Of a DNA stretch of 64,000 nucleotides, positions 21,881-34,579 are shown in pieces. The position numbers were made by a program, and so were the translations under genes. Every line of letters begins with the position of its first letter. Position 1 is the stretch's first letter. The stretch covers positions 1,922,001-1,986,000 of the forward strand of contig JAUPSS010000003.1 in NCBI GenBank assembly GCA_040285825.1. The letters run 5' to 3'. Source of the stretch: Eukaryota sp. TZLM1-RC. Lineage: Eukaryota; Protista; Metamonada: BaSk clade. The notes under the pieces were generated by a model. That model made no database searches and was not told the origin of the DNA. It worked only from the letters and a program-made list of their open reading frames with translations.

Positions 21881-22605
21881 ATTTTTTTATTGAAAAAAGT
21901 CAAAATTTAAGAAAAAATTTTCAGAAGTTTAAACAAGTGAAAAAGAAGATAAGAGATTTCGGTAACAGTAACTGTTGAAGGCTAAATCGAGCTGATGCTT
22001 CTGACCACTAATAGAGATGCATTGGATAGGCATTTGATATTACTGTGGAAATTAGCAATCAATTTGAAATTGCAATCAGCATGACAGACATCGTGTCAGA
22101 CAACGAGATTATCTTGACTCTTCCTATTCTTCTAACATCATGCAGTGAAACGAAAGAAAGGAGTACATGCTAACGGACCCAATTCCCACCTCCTGCTTTA
22201 TTCTGTTTTTCACAGAACAGCAGAGTTCTTTCTCCCGAACTCGTCAGTCGGGAACTGTCATCCTGCTTCATAGGAATAAACATAAGGTCAGAGCCTCGAT
22301 TTCCTATCGGAATCGTCGTTATGTTCCTTCCGTTGGGGTAGAGTAAACCACTTTTTTGAGTCATCATGTGGGTCATGACATATGTGCTGTTAAATCAGCC
22401 ATTGTCATGATCACCTTATATATGGGATGTTTTTCTTGTTTGTGTTTTGTTTTGAATGGTTATTTTAATGTTTGTGATTTTGTTGTTTTTTTGTCTTTAG
22501 GTACTTTTGCTGTGTACGTGGAATGTTGATTTTGCTTGTGTTTTGTTTTATATTGTTGTTATTGATTTTGTTGATTTTTTTGTTTTAGGTAATTGCAAAT
22601 TGAAT

Positions 22606-23177
22606 ATGGGATGCTGTGTCTAAAATTGTTATTTTGATGATGTTGAATTTGATGATCATGTTTATAATTTATGTTTCCAATCCAGTATCTTCCAACATCA
22701 TTCAACATCAAACCCATTTTCTGTTGAATCAACAATGGATGAAGACGTTGAAGCAAATCCTGGTCCAAAAATGAACAGATCTAATTGCAATTACGAATTC
22801 AAACTAGATTTTGCCTGAAGTTGTCTTTACAGTCCCGATATGAACGCAATTTATTACTACCACAAATATTTGCCTAATTATATGAATCTTTGATGGCCAG
22901 AATTTGTTATGTTTTAGCTGTGCATTATGGGAAAAAAAGGTTAAAACCAAGAAGTGCATTTCCACAGGATTTCAAAGACTTTGTTTGCAGTGAAGGAGTT
23001 TATACTTTAAGAACAACTTTTGAGCAACAAAAATTGAACAAAACATTGAGTTAGCTTGATCACTTAAGACTCAAGCCTGAACAGTTTCCACGATTTCCAG
23101 CTGATGGATTCAGTAAACCACCTGAGTATATGGCCCCAATAATGTTTGCCAATTTTGAGAATAATTTGAAATTAAAT
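22606..23177 (+). pseudogene. Fanzor family 1, copy 2, 5' part (leader + 2A + internally deleted N-terminal region)
   Basis: 22606-22790 aligns to 1778-1960; 22795-23177 aligns to about 3910-4291 (FPRFP.DGF..PPEYMAP.MFANFENNL). Confidence 0.82.
22744..22767 (+). other. Canonical 2A StopGo motif DVEANPGP
   Basis: gac gtt gaa gca aat cct ggt cca, in frame with the ATG at 22606 (one intervening TAA at codon 6). Confidence 0.8.
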
Positions 23178-23182
23178 TCAAT

Positions 23183-26014
23183 TAAATGCAATGAATTTGT
23201 TTTCGTTTTTCAAAGATTTTTGGATCAATTATGTAAAGGAAAGTATGCTATCAATATTATTTGGGAATTTTTGGTTCTTTTTGTCCTCCTTTTGAACAAA
23301 ATTTCGTAAATATTTCCGAAGATTTAACTAATATAGCACCGAGAAATCAGTCATCCGACAAATTAAGTAAAATTTTTGAAAACTAATGTTTTAACAACAA
23401 ATGGTCCAAGGCTTTGTCAGCTTTAAGTCCCGGAGTTAAAGCACCCAACAATGAAAACACAATAGATGAACTAAAAGTACTTCATCCTTATGAAGACCCT
23501 ATAATGGATCAAAATATTTACGGCACATACTGGGAAAATTATCCATTGATGCCATCAGAAGTTTTTTCGGTTATCAAAAAGAGACCACGTGGTAAGTCTG
23601 CTGGACTTTCTGGTACTACTATTGATCATGTAAATGCCGCGATTATTTCTTCAGAAGATTGCCTTTGTTTATTGACCAAATTTTTCACCCAATCATTATC
23701 TGCTCAACTCAAATACCCAGAAGAATTAAGAAGTTCTCGTTTGACTGCACTTGTCAAAAATTCAAAAATGGATTTCGTCCTATTGCAGTCTCTGAGAGCT
23801 TACAGAATATTTATTCTGCGTGTTGCTTAAGCAGGTTAAATGAGAAAGCAAAAAAAATTTTATTACCATTTCAATATGGTATAAATACTGCAGATGGAGT
23901 CTCTTCAGCGATATTTGCTACTACTGTTTTATTTCGCCAAAATGAATCCAATGTTTGCATGTCATTGGATTTTAGTAATGCTTTCAATTCACTGAGTCGT
24001 CGCAGTATCCATGGTGCTCTATTGCAATATATGCCGGAATTAATACCGTATTTTCAATCAACATATTGCACATATTCGAATTTACATTTTGGTAACAACA
24101 TTTTGAGTTCATCAAGTGGCGTAAAGCAAGGAGATCCGTTAGGACCTCTTTTGTTTTGTTTAGCCATCCATCCTATTTTACTGCAAATTCAAAAGATGTT
24201 TCCTTCACTGAAAATGATTGCATATATGGATGATGTTGTGCTTATTGATGATTTATATATTGTGAAACAAGCAACTGTATGTTTTAAAGAAATTGGTCTC
24301 CGACTTAATTTACTTAAATGTGTTTTGTTATCGAATTCTCCAGTTTCCACAATAGTTGATGGTATTGAATTTCAAGCCAAATTATATTCAATTGATGCTA
24401 TTCGTCATTTGGGTTCGTTTTAGGAAATAATGATGAAATTACCAAAAAATTGTTTGAAAAGTTGAACTCAATTTCTGACAAGATTTAGATTTTGTGGAGA
24501 AAATCTTGGTTCAATGATAGTCGTCCCATTAGTATTGAGTTAATTTAATTAAGTGTGCAAATTCAATAAATATAATTTCTGACAAAATTGACAGAATGAT
24601 GAATTTAGATATACAACAACACATCAAATTTACCATTATAAGACTGTGTTTTAGTTCCAATTTTAATCATATATTTCGATCTACAAATCCTCTCGGCACT
24701 AGACCTTTGGCTCAAAAGTTGAATGAGTTACGTGCAAAAGCTCTGTCTCAATTACTGGGATGTAAAATGTTTCAAATTCCAGATCATGCTTACCTTAGTC
24801 CACATTATGGTGGATTAGGGTGGACGAAGGCTTCTATTCTTACCTCGTGTGCTTTTGTTGGTGGATGCAGAAATGCAATCTTTGAGTTTTCCGAAAGATT
24901 TGCAGATTGGGAAGATTTATTGATGACAACGCAAAGTTCCACTGTTTTTGCATTAACTGAACAAATTTCAAGAATTGATGTAGAAAAATGGGGTCGATGT
25001 TTTCCCCAATCATTCAATGGCAATATTCCAGAAAAAAATGTTTTAAATTTGAAGTACACTCTTCGAAAATTACAGAAACGATTGACTGGAATGTATGAAA
25101 AAGATCTTTATAATAATATATGCAGCTCGGCTGTTTTAAATCAAGATCTTCACTCATTGTTATTGGAAAAGGGTGTTTGTGAAAACAAGTCGTCAGATTC
25201 TTCACTTTTTGTAACCATTGTACCACGAAGATTTGGATTGTGTGCCACTAATGAAGCATTTGTAACAAAAATGAGATTATATTTGAACATCCCCATTAAC
25301 CAATTATTATCAAAAGAAAAATGTATTTGTTCGAATTCACCTCAACTCACTTTGCACCATGCTCTGAATTGCTCTAAATTGATAACTTATCGTTCTTCAT
25401 TACATGATGCTGTTAGAGACACTGTTTTCAATATGGCACAAACTGCAAGGATATCATGTATCAAAGAGAGCCCCTGCTGAAGGAAACACTTTCTCTGAAT
25501 AATTTTGGTTCTGATAATAGAGGTGATGTATACTGTGATTGGATTGATAATTCTGAAGCTATTGTTGACCTTGTCTCATGTAATGTTGCAAATGATACTT
25601 TGGTTCACAGAAGAAAACTTAATCCTGTGGCTGCTCTGGATTTTAAAGCAAAAAAGAAACATAGAAAATATGATAAAGAAATTGAAGAGGCAAATGTCGA
25701 TAGAAATACACAGCTGGTTTTTATTGCTTTCCCATTTTCGATAAATGGAAGATTATCAGTTGAAGCAGAAACTTTTTTGGATGACTTCCAAAAAATGGTG
25801 CAAGAAAAACCAATAAAATATTTGATATTTTTTATGGCGTTCACGGATTCAATTTGCCATTATTAATAGATTACCGCGGTTTTTCAATCGAATTAGAGAA
25901 GCTTTAGCTAGACAGCAAGCAGATCAAGATTTTGTAGAGGAAATCTTGGTTCAATGATAGTCGTCCTATTAGTTATGAGTTAATTTAATTAAGTATGCAA
26001 ATTCAATAAATAAA
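23183..26014 (+). mobile_element. 5'-truncated family A CRE-like retrotransposon inserted in Fanzor copy 2
   Basis: RT (AYMDDV), CCHC and RLE motifs; collinear with 48621-51958; 10-bp TSD TAAATTCAAT at 23173-23182 and 26015-26024. Confidence 0.92.
24482..24573 (+). mobile_element. 92-bp family A 3'-end copy nested within a family A element
   Basis: 12-bp TSD AATTTCTGACAA at 24470-24481 and 24574-24585. Confidence 0.92.
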
Positions 26015-26310
26015 TAAATTCAATATTTTTTTTTCTTCCCCCCTTCCGCGTCGAACTTTTTTCCTCTCCATCATGATTGTTGAAAACCTCCCTTTTCACG
26101 GTCCAGGCCCTCCTATTGTTTTCTTAACAATTATTCCATACTGCTCTACGTTGTCTCCCTCTTCTTTGTTGACTCTACTGAATGTTTTTCCATTGATAAC
26201 ATCATCCTTTGAAACATCAATTTGGAGACACATTAGTTCCCTTCTCACAAGCATTTTGTTTCTTGTTCAATTTGACTTGACCATCAGCAGATGTTCGCAT
26301 TTCTCTTCTT

Positions 26311-26547
26311 ATGAAAAGCTTGCTGTCGCCTTTAAACCGCTCTTGGAGCTTCTCAGACGGCCGCTTAGTAATGGAAGCAGAAAGTTTGTGATCTGTTTAC
26401 TGAAAGTTTGAATAGTTGTTCTTGAGATAGAATTCTCACTCTTCTTATTGGATGTTGTTGATGGTTCAAATAATCGTATGTGTGATGAAAAGCTTGCTGT
26501 CGCCTTTAAAACGCTCTTGGAGCATCCCAGACGGCCGCTTAGTAATG
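26311..26547. repeat. Pair of 63-bp direct repeats (26311-26373, 26485-26547) in an unidentified insert
   Basis: ATGAAAAGCTTGCTGTCGCCTTTAAA...CAGACGGCCGCTTAGTAATG occurs twice, 174 bp apart. Confidence 0.9.
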
Positions 26548-26701
26548 TCAATCATGTACTTTTTGGTTTTGTGCTGGTTGTTCAGTGTCTTTTTGGAGTA
26601 TTGACTACTAGTAGTGGAGTAGTTGGATGAGGAATTTCTGAATTGTCGTAGTATTTAGCTCATTTAATAAAAAAAGTCCAAAAAAAATTCAATAAATATA
26701 T

Positions 26702-28471
26702 TATAAAAACCATATTTATGGATTTATTAATGTTTATGTTGACAAATTAGATGTGGAAAATGTGTTAGCAGAAATGCACAAGCTGGGTGAATACTCAACG
26801 ACATTATCTCCAATTACTTCATTATATATATTTAGGCTTCGTCAATTCAAAAATTTGTTCTTGGTTGATGATGGAGTTTGCTTGACTTCTTTGTTTCTTC
26901 ATCCTGAAAATATTGCAGACTTTCTGAATGATGAATTTTTCGATTTATGTGAACAACATGATATTAGTAATAATGAACTTACAGACATCTTTGAAAGTCT
27001 TATGAGGCATTTACTTGTCAAATTGAGAATTTGATCACTGACGAGAATTTAGTTGATAACATATTTCCAGTGTTTATACACTTTCTTGCAGACGCTATTG
27101 AAAAAGATCATCAAATATTCCTAAAACCAAAAACTACAATTGTCCAATTTATTTGCAGTAGTGAGAGAAAACCTTATCATATTTCTCCTGTTTCAACCAC
27201 TGTAGGCCCTGGATATTTTCCTCTTGATACAAGAACAATATAGACAATTGTTGGACAAACTTTGATGGACGATTTGTTGCCTGATGAGAGATTAAAAATG
27301 GTCAATGCACAAGCCCAAATTCTTAGATTCAATCCACCTGGGCAATTCGAACTTTGGTCTAATATTCTCGATTTAAACCAACCATTGTTCAAACAAAAGA
27401 GCTATAAATTCAACAACATAATCCATACAGTTGGATTTTATATTTCAGTAGAATTTGTTCGTCAGGATTTACAAGGTCAGAAATGTAAGCCAGACAACAA
27501 GGCCAGTATTTCGGATATATATTGATGATGTTGATGTTGATACTTTTCAAGACAAACGAATTGTTGATTGTGATCCTGGAAAACGTGATTTATTGTATTT
27601 TGGAAGTAAAAAGACTGATCAAGAATTAGCCGTGGTGCCTCAACATGAAACTGAACAACAAAGAAATAGTCAGGTGAAGAATCAAGACGAGAAATTCAAA
27701 TGGTTGAGAGTGACTCAGATGTCCTGGTTTTTGAAAAGTAGGATTAATGAAGAACAAAAACGATGGGCGACAAAGTATACTGAGGTAGATTACGACAGGA
27801 ACCAAATGATAGAGTCTAATGAAATGACAATTGAAGATGCAAACACCGAATTATTCGCGTTTGCTGAAACTTCAGCAACTTGTACAAATTCTAACTTTGT
27901 GGTTGCGAAACTTCGGCAAGTTTTTTTGACAATTGATTTTTACAGTCTTGACTTGTGGAGCATTCATTAAATGCAAGCTTTTGCTCACAAGCAAAAGATT
28001 GAAAGTTGGTTGTTAAAAAATCTTGTTCAGCATTGTGGCAACCCAAAAGATACTTTAATACTAATGGGTGATTATGGTAAAAAAGGTTCCAAGAATTTGA
28101 AACATCATAGACCTCCACTCGAGGCATTGGATGTATTCAATTTCTGAAAAGAAATGGATTTGAAATATTGATGATTAATGAAGCTTTCGTTTCAGCAAAA
28201 TGTCCTGTGTGTTTGGAAAAGGTTGCTACGTTTTTGAGAATAGCAAATTCCAGATTCTACAGAAGAGAAAAGACTCCTGTTACTACATGTCATTGTTTAT
28301 TAGCTTGTAATAGTGAGAGCAAACTCACTAACAAAGACTCAACAAAGCTTTTCAATAGAAATAAGCTGGCTTGTCTGAATATGCTTGCAATTGCTGAAGC
28401 TAGAATGAGCGGTAATGAGAGGCCTCAGTATCTGCGTAGTAGATGGTTTTTGTTATTATTCTGCATGAAAT
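26702..28471 (+). pseudogene. Fanzor family 1, copy 2, 3' part (WED/RuvC/Zn finger)
   Basis: IVDCDPGKRDLLY, INEAFVSAKCPVC, CHCLLAC, FNRNKLACLNM, RPQYLRS; collinear with 4292-6056. Confidence 0.88.
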
Positions 28472-28572
28472 TTGTTCACAAACACAAAACCACACCCCAG
28501 ATTATATTTCATTAAGACAATTCAGATCTTTCCAGGTACACTTTCTCTCTTTCAGACACTTACACTGCACAT

Positions 28573-29550
28573 ATGACTATTAATTCTCGTCTGGATGAAC
28601 TCCTTGACACCACAAACACCGACCTCGAAGAAGGATCTCCCAACATTGCTTCAGAGAGCGAAGAAGATGAAACAGTTTGACTTTATTGTCCTCTCTCATC
28701 CAAGCAACCGGAACACATGAATGAATTCTATGTAGAAGTGTCTCGTGTAAAATCTTTACTAAACAACATGGCAGAATCCTTAGATGAACTAGGTGCCAAC
28801 TTTGGAACCACAGAAACCTACTATGGATCTATTGACAGTAAGAAGGAGGAGCAAATGCTCGAACAGCAGCGAGAGCAAGTCAACTCTCTCATTGAAGAAA
28901 TTGGAAACATCATAGGCACATGCAAGACCATTTTGAAATCCATGGAAGAGCGCACTGATCAGCTAGTTGAGGAAGAAAACTTGACCTGTCACAACCAAAT
29001 TAGAAGAACTATCCATGGCACTCTTAGCAAGCAATTCTACGACCAAATGCGCAGGTTCCAGGAGATGCAGACTGAACATAGAGACAATCTCAAGCAAGAG
29101 CTTATCCGTCAAGTGTCATGGCAGGAGAACATTGACCTAGATGGTTCTGATTTAGCCCAGTCCCTACTCGATGGTAATGTTTCTGCGAACCTGTCTCTTG
29201 TACAGAGTTCTCTTATTGCTGGGAGTTCCATGGTAGCGAATGACAGACTGCAGAACACATTGGAACGCCACCAGGATGTAGTGAAGATTACGGAAAGCAT
29301 CTCACAACTTGCTGGTCTTATGCAAGACTTTGCTCTCTTAGTCCAGGCCCAAGGTGAAAAGCTTGAGCGATTGGACTCTTACACGGCGGCGTCCGTACGG
29401 TATGTCATTGGAGGTAATCAACAGTTGCAAAAGGCGATAAGATCAAAGAGAAGGTTTAGGAAGAAGGCGTGCTGTTTGCTTTGCTGCTTGACTGTGTTGT
29501 TGTTATTCTTTTTGTTTCCACTGTTGAGTTCTGCTGCTGGTAATGCTTGA
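28573..29550 (+). CDS. Qa-SNARE syntaxin (plasma-membrane Syntaxin1/SYP1-like), two exons
   Basis: Habc helices, ERHQDV...ALLVQAQGEKLERLD SNARE motif, polybasic + Cys + C-terminal TM; intron 28675-28704 joins MTINSRLDEL in frame. Confidence 0.92.
28675..28704 (+). other. 30-nt spliceosomal intron in syntaxin
   Basis: GTTTGA...CTCATCCAAG; contains an in-frame TGA, and removal gives a continuous ORF. Confidence 0.8.
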
Positions 29551-30654
29551 TTGAGAATTTGATTGAAAATTTGACTTATTGATTTTTGTATATATTAAAT
29601 TTTGTAGTGAATTGTTTGTATTAATTTAGTAAAAAAGTTTATGTTTTTCTTGGTTTGAATTGATTCAGGTCCTTATGCACCAATAAGGACCAGTAATTTT
29701 TACAATTGAATATTTGTCCTTGCATTTAAATTGACATCATCATCTGCAGCAGTTGTATGTTCTATTTTACACAATAGAATATGTCTCAAACTTCATTAAT
29801 AATGATGACACATTATAAACATATTATTGACATTTAATCTGTAGCTTCCTCACATCTTTCAGAGACTTCGTTTAAATAGAATGCGTCAAAAATGCTGAGA
29901 ACCGAAACAGATGAGGTGAGTTAGAAACCATCAACATCAATGAATATAATTTATTAAGATTAAAGGATATGATTTAGAATTTTATGTTTTGTTTATTTTC
30001 TCGGTGTATTAAATTAAAAATATTGAAAAAAAAATTAGATTAAAGGAGTGAATTTATACAAACTTCCAGCAAAAAAAGGAAAATGTTTCTGATTTAACCG
30101 TAATGACAGTTGTTCGTATCTTGAATTTGCTAATTCGAACTGGGCTCTGATAGTGTGATCACGACACTGGTGATTTGCTTACATCAGCAACAATGAATTG
30201 AGTCATGATCTTTCCTGTTGATTGTTAACGAATCACCACACCTTTTATTGAAGAGTCCTTACGGTTAGTAACACCAGTAATGTACAAAATAGATCACTCG
30301 GTAGTTTTCAGTCATTGCAAAGACTAATGTATAATGAAAGAATTGTCAGCATTAGACGCATCATGACAATTCATTGTGAAATTAGAAGGTTGTGAATTCG
30401 GGGACACTCTAATTAATAACCACATTGTTGAATTCGAAATCTAGAAAATACTATTTTAATGTACATTTATTCACACATTAATAAATTTATGTTGAGAGTT
30501 TACAACGTGATGATAAATTAAAGAACGAATTAATTTTGGTGATGAAATAGGGAAAAAAAGAATGAAATGAAATCAATAACAATACAATAAGCTACAAACT
30601 TTTGTATAAAGTTTTCTTTTTGATGTAATTTGAATTAAAAACTAACAGAAAAGT

Positions 30655-30815
30655 AAGATAAAAATAAAGAAAACAATTAAAAACAAATGAAAACAAATGA
30701 AAACAATTAAAAACAATTAAAAAAATAAAAACATTCTGGTACTGAAAAACCAAACATGGAGAAAATTGAGAAGAAAAGCCAAGAACTAATTAGACAAAAA
30801 CTAATTAGACAAAAA
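30655..30815. repeat. A-rich short tandem repeats (AAAACAATTA/AAAACAAATG; CTAATTAGACAAAAA x2)
   Basis: Seen directly in the 3' flank of the 855-aa gene. Confidence 0.7.
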
Positions 30816-33368
30816 CTTGGCAAATTCAGAGTCAAACTCCCCTTCAAATGATGATTCAGACTCAAATCCAAGCTTTTTTTGTGTGCATTTAGCATAAAAA
30901 GTGATCAAAGATTGACTATAGGCCAGAATATCGATGAAATTTTGAAATTTTGCAGCTGTCACCTTGACCAAATTTTCATCAAAAGTAGCAATCAATGATA
31001 CAAAATCAAAATAAATAGTCCGCAGTTGTTCATCCTCAAAATTATCTGGATTATATATTAAAACAGAAGAAACTAAATTGAAAAAAGAATTGAGTTGTTG
31101 GGACTTTAAATGGCTATCATTAGTTAAATAGGCCAATGATTTAGAAATTAAACGTTGAGAATTAAATTCTAAAGAGTTTTTGGCGAAGGAATTGCCAAAT
31201 ACTAGCCAACTTAGTAAATTATTAGTTTGAAATTCTGAATTGCAAATATTTTGAATAATGGCATGGACATTGGATTTGGGTTTTAAATAACGACAAAATG
31301 ATTTGGATAATGAAATTTTAGACGAAAATTTCGGAGATGGGTTTGACAAAAAATTTACCACAAAATTGGAAAAACTTGAATCAAAATGAGAAATATGATT
31401 AAAAATACCAAAAGAATCATTTCCAATCCAATCAAAAAATGATTGGATAACCTCATCGTGGTGACTGTTGACGTTTACAGGATTCAATAACACACAAAAG
31501 GCTTTATACAATGGTGTTATTAATTCTTCATTGACTTTTGGAATTAATTCAGCATGGTTTTTCAACAAAATAAATACTGATTTAGTAAATAATTCGATAG
31601 GAAAACATGGGAGAAAACCATTTCGAACAACAGTCTTCAAAAGTCTTCTTGAATTCTGAAGAAATTTGTGGTGATTTATAAAAGAGCTCATGAGACTAAA
31701 ATTTTGGGATGTAATAAAAGTACAAATTTTCATCAAAGAAAACAACAACTCAGGGTGAGAGTAAGTTGAAAAAGAGCTTATTATCAAAGAAAAGAGCTCA
31801 ACATGAGAGTCAATCACGAATGATTGATCGACTTCCAAACAGGAGGTCAAAAATAATAGCAAATTCGACATTCGTGAGCTGTACTTGTCAGGACTCAAAA
31901 TTTTCTGTTTTGATCTCTTTTTTGGTTTGACATTTGCAATTATTGATTTAATTTCGTCTAAAATTAAATTGATGATATGTGTAAATGTGGAATCAGTCTT
32001 TGATTGACTATTTGATTGAGTGATCTGTTCTGATATGATTGTTAAAAATTTGACAGGTGTCAACTTGACATCAGATAATTGAGAACAAAATGAAATAAAA
32101 ATGTTTGAAAATTTTGTTATAAAAGAAGAGCTCAGTTTGTCGTGTGTAAAGATCAACAAAAAAAAGTCTGAAAAATTAAAATATTCATAGCTAAAAGAGG
32201 TCACCACTGATGCTTTGAGTAAAAACGTCATGCTAGAGAAAAATTCGTCCAAATTTTCTACTTCTATAGAATCAAAAATAGAGCTCAACAAAACATGTGA
32301 AAATTTTGGAAGAGAACAGCTCATATTTTCCATCAATTGTTTATCATTAAATATTTGACAAAGTTGACAATTAAATTGATTAAGAATTGCTTGCAAATTA
32401 ATGAATGGAATTTCAAAATTTTCGATAAAAAACATAGCATTCAAAATTGAAAATTTCGTAAATTTTCTTTCAAATAAATCGGAAATTAATGTCGATATTA
32501 TAGAATTGAAAGTAAACTTGGAAAAAAATGGTTTAAATATGGTTAAATTATTGATAATATTACAAACAACCCCAGAAAATTCTTCAAAAGTCAATGAATT
32601 TTGATTTGATGACGTGATCAAATGCTCAAATACAACAAGACTTGAATCAAAAGTATCAGAAAATAATTGATTGAGAATAATAAATGAAGGTAAGGTCATA
32701 ATTATGATTGATAGATCAAAATTGCGAAGAAAAGAGCTGACTACTTGCTGACAATGTGACAGATTGAATTCCGAAATACTTGAATTTTTAAAAATTTCAT
32801 TCAAAACTTGATCCTTCTTTTGAGCTTTTGTTGACGTGATTTGATTGTTTGGGTTGACGATAGTTAACATCAAACAAGAAGGTAATTCATTGATCAGGGT
32901 AGAAATTATCAAATATTCGTCAATCAATTCTTGGGAAAGTGATTCTAAATCAGTAACTTCTTGGTTTAAAACAGAGAAATTGATGAGGATAAATTCAAAA
33001 CATTCCTCAAAGAGAGACAAGACTGTAATAGGTGACCGACTGTTGAAGTAGAAGCTGGCACTAGACCGTTGTGAAGGGTCTTGGGAAAAGGTGAATCGTA
33101 CGAGGTCGACAAATGCGTAAAATCTAACATGAGAGGGAAAGCAAGGTGAGAGTAGGTGAGTGAGAAGGGTAGCATTAGACTGAATTGGAGAAAAGATTGA
33201 TTGAGCGAGAGAGGGGTTGTTTGTAAGGAGTTTAGCGAAGAGCTCGATAGTGGCAGGTTCAGCATGTGGAGAGGAGAGGAGAGTGATGAGCTTTGGTAGA
33301 CATTGAGTTAAGGAATCCAATACATCCTCATAATACATTGAAAAGGTATAAGAACAATTCAACGACAT
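30801..33368 (-). CDS. Hypothetical 855-aa alpha-helical (ARM/HEAT-like) protein
   Basis: Long intact ORF; L/F/S/I-rich helical pattern; start could be MYYED. Confidence 0.75.
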   Translation of the reverse strand: MSLNCSYTFSMYYEDVLDSLTQCLPKLITLLSSPHAEPATIELFAKLLTNNPSLAQSIFSPIQSNATLLTHLLSPCFPSHVRFYAFVDLVRFTFSQDPSQRSSASFYFNSRSPITVLSLFEECFEFILINFSVLNQEVTDLESLSQELIDEYLIISTLINELPSCLMLTIVNPNNQITSTKAQKKDQVLNEIFKNSSISEFNLSHCQQVVSSFLRNFDLSIIIMTLPSFIILNQLFSDTFDSSLVVFEHLITSSNQNSLTFEEFSGVVCNIINNLTIFKPFFSKFTFNSIISTLISDLFERKFTKFSILNAMFFIENFEIPFINLQAILNQFNCQLCQIFNDKQLMENMSCSLPKFSHVLLSSIFDSIEVENLDEFFSSMTFLLKASVVTSFSYEYFNFSDFFLLIFTHDKLSSSFITKFSNIFISFCSQLSDVKLTPVKFLTIISEQITQSNSQSKTDSTFTHIINLILDEIKSIIANVKPKKRSKQKILSPDKYSSRMSNLLLFLTSCLEVDQSFVIDSHVELFSLIISSFSTYSHPELLFSLMKICTFITSQNFSLMSSFINHHKFLQNSRRLLKTVVRNGFLPCFPIELFTKSVFILLKNHAELIPKVNEELITPLYKAFCVLLNPVNVNSHHDEVIQSFFDWIGNDSFGIFNHISHFDSSFSNFVVNFLSNPSPKFSSKISLSKSFCRYLKPKSNVHAIIQNICNSEFQTNNLLSWLVFGNSFAKNSLEFNSQRLISKSLAYLTNDSHLKSQQLNSFFNLVSSVLIYNPDNFEDEQLRTIYFDFVSLIATFDENLVKVTAAKFQNFIDILAYSQSLITFYAKCTQKKLGFESESSFEGEFDSEFAKFLSN

Positions 33369-33859
33369 CTTGGTTCAATAAATTTTGTCTTATCTGCTAT
33401 TCCCTATAAAATGCAAAAGAGTTTTTCGTCTTCAAAAGACTGGAGAAACCAAGTTTTATGAAAAGCATGGCACTTCATCATTTAGACTTCTAATTAGTGT
33501 GAAATGATTCACAAAAGCCAGTTCTGTGTCACCAAAATAGGATTTCTTTTTTCGATTTGGTACTTTCGTTGCACTTGCTATATTATGCAGTTCTTCTGAA
33601 TATGGTCATGTCTGGTAAAGTAATTCTTTATTCTTCTATTTCTGTTTGATCGACTTCCATGTTAACTGTCCAATGATTCACAATTAGATAAATTCGTTGT
33701 TGAATTAGACCAAATTGTACATATGTTTTACCTTGAAAGCTGTCATCAACTAATCAATAAGCAGGTACATAAATAATGTATTGAGTGCAATTTAACACCA
33801 GAAACTGTTCGGATACAAATGTTATTAGAAGGTATTATTATAAAATATTGTACTCACCA

Positions 33860-34430
33860 CAAATGAATTTATTGAACAATTTATAAATCTACATCTAAAC
33901 AATCCATCTCTCCCAAAACAAGACAACTAAATACAACTCTCTCCTAGTGAAATCCGAAACCATCTTCAAAATCACATTAAAAGTAGAAACTTCAATGCTA
34001 TGCTGCCAAAATAAACTATTCTAATTGTTATTTGTTTAACCACATAGTTGTTTAGTTTTTTTCCAAAATCAATTTTTCACACTATAAATCTATTTTCTCA
34101 AACTCCACATCTTTCATGGAAATTTTATGCACAGCGTATTTTTCCTAAAATCTTACTGCTGATAACAATCAGCTAGAATCCAGATCGTACATCCCTTTAA
34201 AAACAGAATTCTATTTTCTGAATTCTATTTTGGCACAAAGTTCGGTCAAAAAATCTTCCTGTTCTACTATTGACAATTGTAGAGCAACTGTTTGAAAAAA
34301 TGCAGCAGTTTTACCCAAGTACCAAATAATGAAAAAGCAACGGGACAAATAAGGTATTAGGTATGCGAGTTGGAATTCAAATTATTGATCTTTTTTCAGC
34401 AGAATACTTGATGTTGTTTTTTCTTCCTCA
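33860..34430 (-). mobile_element. Degenerate CRE-like 3' fragments (two families)
   Basis: GEMD and W..RIEF/NRILFL remnants homologous to other copies in the window. Confidence 0.65.
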
Positions 34431-34579
34431 CCGAAAGTACCATGAAAAGTGACAATATTGAACAAGAAACTACAATTAATTCATTATTCAGATTTGTTAA
34501 TGAATGAACCAAAATCCTTCACTCACACATCCTTACCCTTCTCTAGGACATGTTTTCTTAGCAACACGCACTGTACTAC

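Noticed and set aside
26311-26547. CRISPR-like repeat-spacer array
   Set aside because: Only two 63-bp units with a 111-bp spacer, eukaryotic context and no cas genes
28536-28555. Possible 20-nt 5' UTR intron GTACAC...TTTCAG of syntaxin
   Set aside because: No frame evidence, shorter than the other introns and lacks the -7 A
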